A stretch of DNA of 13,834 nucleotides from Clostridia bacterium (GTDB taxonomy: Bacteria; Bacillota; Clostridia; TANB77; RGIG9151), in contig JAEEXS010000038.1 of NCBI GenBank assembly GCA_016287855.1, positions 1 through 13,834 of the forward strand. The letters are read 5' to 3'. Position 1 is the stretch's first letter, and each line of letters opens with the position of its first letter. The position numbers and the translations under genes are program-made. The notes below the pieces were generated by a model. That model did no database searches. It was not told the origin of the DNA and saw only the letters and a list, made by a program, of their open reading frames with translations. Of the stretch, positions 1 through 5,004 are shown piece by piece.

Positions 1-1
1 C

Positions 2-1201
2 GCCACCCTGGTCCTCATAGGACTCAATCGGCTTTCCTGCTCCACCCTGGTCCTCATAGGACTCAATCGGCTTTCCTGCTCCACCCTGGTCCTCGTAGGA
101 CTCAATCGGCTTTCCTGCTCCACCCTGGTCCTCGTAGGACTCAGTCGGCTTGCCAGGGACTCCGGGGTCCTCGTAGGACTCAGTCGGCTTGCCAGGGACT
201 CCGGGATCCTCGTAGGATTCACCACCGATGGTGCCGGGAGCGGTACCTTCATCCTCACCAAGAGGACGCCTGGGGTTGGGGTTCCAGCCGGAAGGCGGAT
301 TCCATCCACCAGAGGGCTGCGGCTTGTAACCGCAGATTTTGCATTCTCCGTAGCGGTTGAAGTCATGGCGCTCCAGCTTGGACTCCTGCTCTACGCCGAG
401 CAGAATCCCGCAGTCCTTACAATAGGTGTAAACCAGGCGGGAGATGATATGCCCATCTTCAGGAGCATCGGGATATACTCCCTGGCACTCCCATTCGCTA
501 TACTCATAACGAGTATGCTTGTGCTTGCAGGGCTCAGCGGTGGGGGTAGGCGTGGGTTCAGCGGTGGGGGTAGGCGTGGGTTCAGCGGTGGGGGTAGGCG
601 TGGGCTCAGCGGTGGGGGTAGGCGTGGGTTCAGCGGTGGGTTCGGGCGTGGGTTCAGGCGTGGGCTCCGGAGTGGGTTCGGGGGTAGGTTCGGGAGTCGG
701 CTGCGGAGTCACCGGAACGTAAATGATAATCTTTTCCGGCTCGGGCGGCTTTTTGTAGCCACACCGATCGCACACGTCATCGTCCCCGAAGTCATGACCC
801 GGTTCTACCGTGGTCCTCGTCGCCACCCATATGGTCTCACCACAATCGCCGCACTTCGCCCCTGCGTAGATATGATATTCCACGCAGGCGTCCTCCGTAC
901 CGACGATAATCGGGTCGGAGGTATAGTCCACCAATTCGTTGATGTCGTAGTGGATGTGCTGGCAGTCGTCGATGAGATTCAGATCCGGGGCAGTGCGTGC
1001 GAGCTGAAGATCGGACAGCTGCTTGCGCAGACCGTCGATAACAACTTTGCAGTCGCATTCGGCTTCGACCTTCCCGCAAACGGAGCACACGGGTTCGGCC
1101 TTCTCACCGTGGATATGATGCACGAGGCACCAAACCACGTGGCCCAGCAGGGCCAGGCACAGGATAACCAGGATAATTGTCAAAATGGGACGTCTCTTCA
1201 T
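2..1201 (-). CDS. Membrane-anchored/exported Cys-rich repeat protein. The 5' end is complete and the 3' end runs off the left window edge (400 codons visible). Not in the supplied ORF track.
   Basis: I checked every + strand triplet in register 2 mod 3 from 2 to 1201 and found no tta/cta/tca, so the minus frame is open for 400 codons. The ATG is at 1201..1199, with SD GAAAGGAGGA ending 9 nt upstream. The N-terminus MKRRPILTIILVILCLALLG is a basic-then-hydrophobic signal/anchor. Next come CSVCG..CDC, a CQH..CGDCG..HDF..CDRCGYKK module, a (EPTP)n/(AEPTPTPT)4 linker, a second module CKH..CKDCG..HDF..CKICGYKP, and then 13-aa ESYED repeats. Residues 1-150 align with the neighbouring 147-aa protein. 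Confidence 0.8.
   Translation of the reverse strand, partial: MKRRPILTIILVILCLALLGHVVWCLVHHIHGEKAEPVCSVCGKVEAECDCKVVIDGLRKQLSDLQLARTAPDLNLIDDCQHIHYDINELVDYTSDPIIVGTEDACVEYHIYAGAKCGDCGETIWVATRTTVEPGHDFGDDDVCDRCGYKKPPEPEKIIIYVPVTPQPTPEPTPEPTPEPTPEPTPEPTAEPTPTPTAEPTPTPTAEPTPTPTAEPTPTPTAEPCKHKHTRYEYSEWECQGVYPDAPEDGHIISRLVYTYCKDCGILLGVEQESKLERHDFNRYGECKICGYKPQPSGGWNPPSGWNPNPRRPLGEDEGTAPGTIGGESYEDPGVPGKPTESYEDPGVPGKPTESYEDQGGAGKPIESYEDQGGAGKPIESYEDQGGAGKPIESYEDQGG
3..236 (-). repeat. 39-bp head-to-tail tandem repeat, 6 units visible and truncated by the window edge. It encodes 13-aa units GKP(I/T)ESYED(Q/P)G(G/V)(A/P).
   Basis: Units start at 3, 42, 81, 120, 159 and 198. Units 1 and 2 are identical, and unit 3 differs by one a>g change. 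Units 4-6 diverge in their second half. The period is a multiple of 3 and in frame with CDS 2..1201. Confidence 0.9.
533..712 (-). repeat. 24-bp tandem repeat x4 (533-628) followed by seven degenerate 12-bp units (629-712). It encodes a Pro/Thr/Glu linker, (AEPTPTPT)4 then (EPTP)n.
   Basis: The units ttcagcggtgggggtaggcgtggg at 557-580 and 581-604 are identical. Those at 533-556 and 605-628 differ only at the first base. The array is in frame with CDS 2..1201. Confidence 0.9.
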
Positions 1202-1326
1202 TTTAGAACGTCCTCCTTTCATTATTTTTTTATATAAACCGATGTCAGCCCCATCGGATTCCAATGAAAAGGATATATTAAACATCCATCTCCCTTACAA
1301 GGGAGATTAAATCTATTTTTTCAGAC
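1202..1326 (-). promoter_or_regulatory. ~125-nt 5' leader of CDS 2..1201 with two hairpins.
   Basis: Hairpin 1 has an 8-bp stem, 1288-1295 / 1300-1307 (minus-strand RNA AUCUCCCU-UGUA-AGGGAGAU). Hairpin 2 has a 6-bp stem, 1239-1244 / 1252-1257, with a loop containing GGGCU. The SD is at 1211-1220. The leader is homologous to leader 1932..2055. The TSS position is inferred from the -10 box only. Confidence 0.5.
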
Positions 1327-1332
1327 ATTATC

Positions 1333-1361
1333 ATTATACCACATTATTATTTTTTTTGCAA
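1333..1361 (-). promoter_or_regulatory. SigA-type promoter with extended -10: TTGCAA-17 nt-TGgTATAAT.
   Basis: On the minus strand the -35 TTGCAA is at 1361..1356, the TGg at 1341..1339 and the TATAAT at 1338..1333. Confidence 0.6.
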
Positions 1362-1454
1362 CTAGTTATGTATACAGCTTGTCCTTATTCTTCTAATATT
1401 GCATAATAGTGCCATTTCCGCAATATTAAAATAATAAATATTTTTTTGTAAAAT

Positions 1455-1480
1455 AATACACCGGGGGCTGCCGGTGTATT
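1455..1480 (-). terminator. Rho-independent terminator after CDS 1488..1931.
   Basis: A 10-bp stem AATACACCGG / CCGGTGTATT (1455-1464 / 1471-1480) with a 6-nt loop. On the minus-strand RNA it is followed by AUUUUAC. It lies 8 nt past the stop codon. Confidence 0.7.
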
Positions 1481-1487
1481 GTAATGT

Positions 1488-1931
1488 TTATGAAATTTTA
1501 GTGTATCCGCATTCGATGCATTCGCCGTTTTCATTGAAATTATGAGAAATCTCGAACTCTTTGAGGGTTACCCATATATCTTCCCCACACTTATTGCATT
1601 TGTAAATTCTATCCACAGTATATGTGTAGCACACATTTTTTTCAAAAACATGTGTCGGGTAGGACTTCCACTCATCAATAAGGACTTCCCGCTCAGTGCG
1701 CGGATGCTGGCATTTTTCAATACTGTCCACATGTATCTCGCTATTTCCTAGTTGCTTCTCAGCAATAGATTCACAATAGGTGCATTTGTATTCCATCTGT
1801 CTACCACAAACAGGGCATGTAGCTTCCTTAAGCTTTACAGCAATGCTGGTATTGCACCCCTGCAAACCCAGACTCAGGATAACCACCAAAATAATCAGTA
1901 GCCAGCAAACAAAAGCACGACTATTTTTCAT
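1488..1931 (-). CDS. Small exported Cys-rich protein (147 aa), possible lipoprotein, and a paralog of the N-terminal 150 aa of CDS 2..1201.
   Basis: ORF-track entry 1488..1943. I prefer the ATG at 1931 because the SD AAAGGTGGA ends 7 nt upstream, and the track's first ATG lies inside that SD. The N-terminus is MKNSRAFVCWLLIILVVILSLGLQGC, a signal peptide with a lipobox-like LQGC. It carries CPVCG..CTYC, CQH, and CNKCG-x13-HNF-x5-CIECGYTK. Confidence 0.75.
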   Translation of the reverse strand: MKNSRAFVCWLLIILVVILSLGLQGCNTSIAVKLKEATCPVCGRQMEYKCTYCESIAEKQLGNSEIHVDSIEKCQHPRTEREVLIDEWKSYPTHVFEKNVCYTYTVDRIYKCNKCGEDIWVTLKEFEISHNFNENGECIECGYTKIS

Positions 1932-2055
1932 TCCGACATCCACCTTTCACAAATTCATTATGTTGTATATAATGTCGATACCCAAGCCCAGTACCAACTT
2001 ATATTTAAAACGTCCAGTTCTCTTACAAAAGATCTTTAATATATGTTTAAACGCG
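1932..2055 (-). promoter_or_regulatory. ~124-nt 5' leader of CDS 1488..1931, homologous to leader 1202..1326.
   Basis: Hairpins lie at equivalent positions. One is 2019-2023 / 2028-2032 with the same UGUA loop. The other is 1977-1981 / 1991-1995 with a GGGCU-containing loop. Each stem needs one G.U pair that exists only in the minus-strand RNA. Confidence 0.45.
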
Positions 2056-2061
2056 CATTAT

Positions 2062-2089
2062 ATTATATCACACTCTCAGTTTTTTTCAA
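2062..2089 (-). promoter_or_regulatory. SigA-type promoter with extended -10: TTGAAA-16 nt-TGaTATAAT.
   Basis: On the minus strand the -35 TTGAAA is at 2089..2084, the TGa at 2070..2068 and the TATAAT at 2067..2062. Confidence 0.6.
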
Positions 2090-2112
2090 CTAATTATGTG
2101 CACTTTTTATAC

Positions 2113-2143
2113 AAAAAGACACCGGTGCTACCGGTGCCTTTTT
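2113..2143. terminator. Bidirectional rho-independent terminator ending the ABC-ABC-yitT operon.
   Basis: The stem is GACACCGG / CCGGTGCC (2118-2125 / 2131-2138) with one mismatch and a 5-nt loop. It is flanked by AAAAA (2113-2117) and TTTTT (2139-2143). Confidence 0.75.
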
Positions 2144-2197
2144 AATTTCAGAAATTGATCATCTTAGAAGTTTTATAACAGCTTTCCTTATTATGAT

Positions 2198-3085
2198 TTA
2201 CGTAGTCGGACGCTGGAAAAACCAGCCTTCTACTCTATTTGAATTAATAACATCAATAAACGCATCTGGATCTGCTTTTTTTATATTCTTTATAACCAAA
2301 TACATCTCATCTCCAGCAACAACCGAATACACTAAATTCTTTTCTCCTCCTTTATAAAGCCCTTTACCTTTAAAAAGCGTTGCTCCATGGTTTGTAGTTT
2401 CTCTTATTTCTTTATATACATCATCTGGCTTGTCCGTAATTATAAACAACGTCTGCTTTTGATATCTTCTATATATCAAGTGAATTACTTCTGTACCTAC
2501 ATATTGATAAATTATAGAGTATAATGCTTTTTCCCAACCATATACAAGACCTGCAACGGTAAGTAACGCAATATTACCCAGTAAAATATAATTAAATGCA
2601 TCAATTCCATATTTTTTAGAGCATAGTGCAGAAATAAAATCTGTTCCGCCTGTTGTCGCTTCAGCATTTAAACATATCGCTATAGCAAGTCCATTAATTA
2701 TTCCACCAAAAACTGAGGTAAGCAATAAATCACCGGTTATTTCGTAATGAGGAAATAAATCTACAACTAAACCTGTTAACACTATGCTTACAATAGATAA
2801 AATTGCAAATCGTTTTCCTATATACTTAAAACATATAACCGCTAAAATAAGGTTTAATGGAATATTTATAAAGCTATATGGAACATAAATATTTAAAAAC
2901 GTATCAAAAAGCTTTTGAAGTAAAATTGCAATTCCAACGAAACCTCCAGGGATAAGTCCACCAAAATATACAAAGCTATTTAGGTTAAGACCCATGATAA
3001 AAGCGCCTATACCGACCATTATGGCCCTACCAATATCCCGCTTAACTTTATTTTCTTTTTCCCAAGGATGTACTAGTTCGTCCAT
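2198..3085 (-). CDS. YitT-family integral membrane protein with a C-terminal DUF2179-type domain.
   Basis: A 295-aa ORF with a multi-TM N-terminal part (GGLIPGGFVGIAILLQ) and a soluble C-terminal domain (TLFIITDKPDDVYKEI...GATLFKGKGLY...). The SD AGGAAGGGA lies upstream. It starts 20 nt after the ABC stop, so it is probably co-transcribed. Confidence 0.85.
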   Translation of the reverse strand: MDELVHPWEKENKVKRDIGRAIMVGIGAFIMGLNLNSFVYFGGLIPGGFVGIAILLQKLFDTFLNIYVPYSFINIPLNLILAVICFKYIGKRFAILSIVSIVLTGLVVDLFPHYEITGDLLLTSVFGGIINGLAIAICLNAEATTGGTDFISALCSKKYGIDAFNYILLGNIALLTVAGLVYGWEKALYSIIYQYVGTEVIHLIYRRYQKQTLFIITDKPDDVYKEIRETTNHGATLFKGKGLYKGGEKNLVYSVVAGDEMYLVIKNIKKADPDAFIDVINSNRVEGWFFQRPTT

Positions 3086-3105
3086 ATTATCCCTTCCTTA
3101 TACAA

Positions 3106-5004
3106 TTATTCTAATTCAAACACTCCTGTATACAATTGATAATACTTGCCTTGCTCACTAAGTAATTTTTCGTGAGTACCACGTTCTATTATTCTTCCAT
3201 GCTCTAATACCATAATAACATCCGAGTTCTGGACTGTAGAAAGTCTATGAGCAATTACAAAAACTGTTCTTCCTTTCATAAGCGAATCCATACCCTTTTG
3301 AACTATTGATTCTGTTCTTGTATCTATACTTGACGTTGCCTCATCTAAAATCATAACCGGTGGGTCTGCAACTGCTGCTCTGGCTATTGCAATTAGCTGT
3401 CTTTGGCCTTGAGATAAGTTTGCACCATCTCCTGTTATAACAGTATTATATCCATTAGGAAGTCTATTTATAAAGCCATCTGCATTAGCAAGCTTTGCAG
3501 CCTTAACAACTTCAGCATTACTTGCATCTAATTTACCATATCGAATATTTTCCATAATAGTACCAGTAAACAAATGAGTATCTTGTAAAACAATTCCTAA
3601 AGAACGCCTTAAGTCGCTTTTCTTTATCTTATTTATATTAACCCCATCATATCTAATTTTTCCATCGGCTAAATCATAAAATCTATTAATAAGATTTGTA
3701 ATTGTTGTTTTGCCCGCACCTGTAGCTCCAACAAAAGCGACCTTTTGACCAGGCTCTGCGAATAATTCTATATCATGCAAAACTAATTTATTTTCTTCAT
3801 ACCCAAAATCTACATCAAAGAAACGTACATCACCTTTCAATTCAACATAGGTAGTTGTGCCATCTTTATGAGGATGTTTCCAAGCCCAAATTCCAGTACG
3901 CTTTTTAGACTCAATTAAATGACCCTCTTTATTATATTTTGCATTAACTAATGTTACATATCCCTCATCTTTTTCAGACTCCTCATCAATAAGGCTAAAA
4001 ATTCTCTCTGCTCCAGCTAGTGCCATTGCTATATAACTTATTTGTTGGGCTACTTGGCTTATTGGTCTTATAAAGCTCTTACTTAAATTTAAAAACGATG
4101 CTATTGCTCCTAAGGTTAACGCATTTACTCCATTTATTGCTAATGCACCACCGACAATTGCTATTAATACATATTGCAAGTTGCCAAGATTAGCAATAAC
4201 CGGCATTAAAATAATTGAATACTTATTGGCCTTATCTGCATTTTCCCTTAATATTTCATTACGTCTATCAAACTCGGCTTTTGCTTGTTCTTCATGACAA
4301 AAAACTTTTACAACCTTCTGACCATTGATTAACTCTTCAATATATCCATTCAAACTTCCAAGTGATTCTTGTTGTTTCATAAAATATTTGGCAGATTTAC
4401 TTCCAATTTGAGAAGTCGTAAAAAACATTAAACCAATTATTACCAAAACCATCAATGTAAGCCATGGGCTAAGATAAATCATAGCTGCAAACACTGTTAC
4501 TATCGTTATTAATGAAGAAAAAACTTGTGGAACACTTTGAGATATCATCTCTCTTAATGCATCTGTATCGTTTGTATAAATACTCATTATATCTCCATAA
4601 GCATGAGTATCAAAATACTTTATAGGTAACGTTTCCATGTGAGAAAACATATCATCTCTAATTTTCTTCAAAATTCCCTGTGTAATTACTGCCATAATTC
4701 TAGTTTGTAAGAACGTTGAAAAAATACCTATTAGATATATTCCACCCATAATTAAAATTGCCTTAAGCAATCCAGTAAATACAGGATTTGCTTCTAATGC
4801 GAGTGGTGCGATATAATCATCAATTAATACCTGTAAGAAAAGTGAACCTAATACTCCAGCAACTGCACCTGCTAAAATACATACTAAAACTACCCCAAGT
4901 AACACTTTATATGTACCTGTTATATATGATAATAATCTTCTTATTGTATTTTTATTTAGCTTTTTTAATCCGTCAAAACCACCTGGCCTTCTACCTCTTG
5001 GCAT
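3106..5004 (-). CDS. ABC exporter permease/ATPase fusion. This is the subunit carrying the consensus ATPase site of a heterodimeric pair (LmrD/YheH/EfrB-like).
   Basis: Six-TM domain plus an NBD. Walker A is GATGAGKTT, Walker B with catalytic Glu is VMILDEATSSID, and the signature LSQGQ is non-canonical. I prefer the ATG at 5004; the track's first codon at 5007 is GTG. It overlaps the upstream ABC gene by 14-17 nt. Confidence 0.93.
   Translation of the reverse strand: MPRGRRPGGFDGLKKLNKNTIRRLLSYITGTYKVLLGVVLVCILAGAVAGVLGSLFLQVLIDDYIAPLALEANPVFTGLLKAILIMGGIYLIGIFSTFLQTRIMAVITQGILKKIRDDMFSHMETLPIKYFDTHAYGDIMSIYTNDTDALREMISQSVPQVFSSLITIVTVFAAMIYLSPWLTLMVLVIIGLMFFTTSQIGSKSAKYFMKQQESLGSLNGYIEELINGQKVVKVFCHEEQAKAEFDRRNEILRENADKANKYSIILMPVIANLGNLQYVLIAIVGGALAINGVNALTLGAIASFLNLSKSFIRPISQVAQQISYIAMALAGAERIFSLIDEESEKDEGYVTLVNAKYNKEGHLIESKKRTGIWAWKHPHKDGTTTYVELKGDVRFFDVDFGYEENKLVLHDIELFAEPGQKVAFVGATGAGKTTITNLINRFYDLADGKIRYDGVNINKIKKSDLRRSLGIVLQDTHLFTGTIMENIRYGKLDASNAEVVKAAKLANADGFINRLPNGYNTVITGDGANLSQGQRQLIAIARAAVADPPVMILDEATSSIDTRTESIVQKGMDSLMKGRTVFVIAHRLSTVQNSDVIMVLEHGRIIERGTHEKLLSEQGKYYQLYTGVFELE

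Noticed and set aside
3-712. Whether the 39-bp and 24-bp repeat arrays could be CRISPR arrays.
   Set aside because: The units are head-to-tail with no spacers. Their periods are multiples of 3 and they lie in frame inside an open reading frame. No cas genes are present.
519-1088. Track ORFs 519..722 (+, SAVGVGVG repeats) and 837..1088 (-, 83 aa, Arg-rich).
   Set aside because: Both are alternative-frame readings of the same GC-rich gene and its PT-linker repeat. They have no initiation signals and implausible composition.
365-1237. The 290-aa + strand ORF from the track (GGGRRGFS repeats).
   Set aside because: It has no SD and low-complexity Gly/Arg content. It lies in the exact antisense codon register of a better-supported minus-strand gene that has an SD, a signal peptide and a homolog next door. 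It also runs past that gene's start into the AT-rich leader. It is a typical shadow ORF in GC-rich coding DNA.
1-1240. Calling the GC-rich block a mobile element or genomic island.
   Set aside because: No integrase, transposase, terminal repeats, or tRNA/att-like junction is visible in the window. Only the compositional anomaly can be stated.
1202-1326. Whether the leader is a known riboswitch class (for example c-di-GMP, as found on some clostridial surface protein genes) or a T-box.
   Set aside because: I see none of the conserved cores I remember for those classes. The leader is 33% GC with only two short hairpins. It is left as an unclassified candidate.
1395-1427. An 8-bp inverted repeat, AATATTGC-N17-GCAATATT, ~85 nt upstream of the cassette-1 TSS, as a possible activator site.
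   Set aside because: It is short, AT-rich and absent from the paralogous cassette. It could easily arise by chance in this composition.
1932-1943. N-terminal extensions implied by the track starts: ATG 1943, GTG 5007, GTG 6757 and GTG 12553.
   Set aside because: In each case a downstream ATG has a properly spaced SD. The extended start lies inside that SD or at the predicted TSS. The shorter N-termini also match the family-typical starts (MKIAIGADHAG, MIKKL...).
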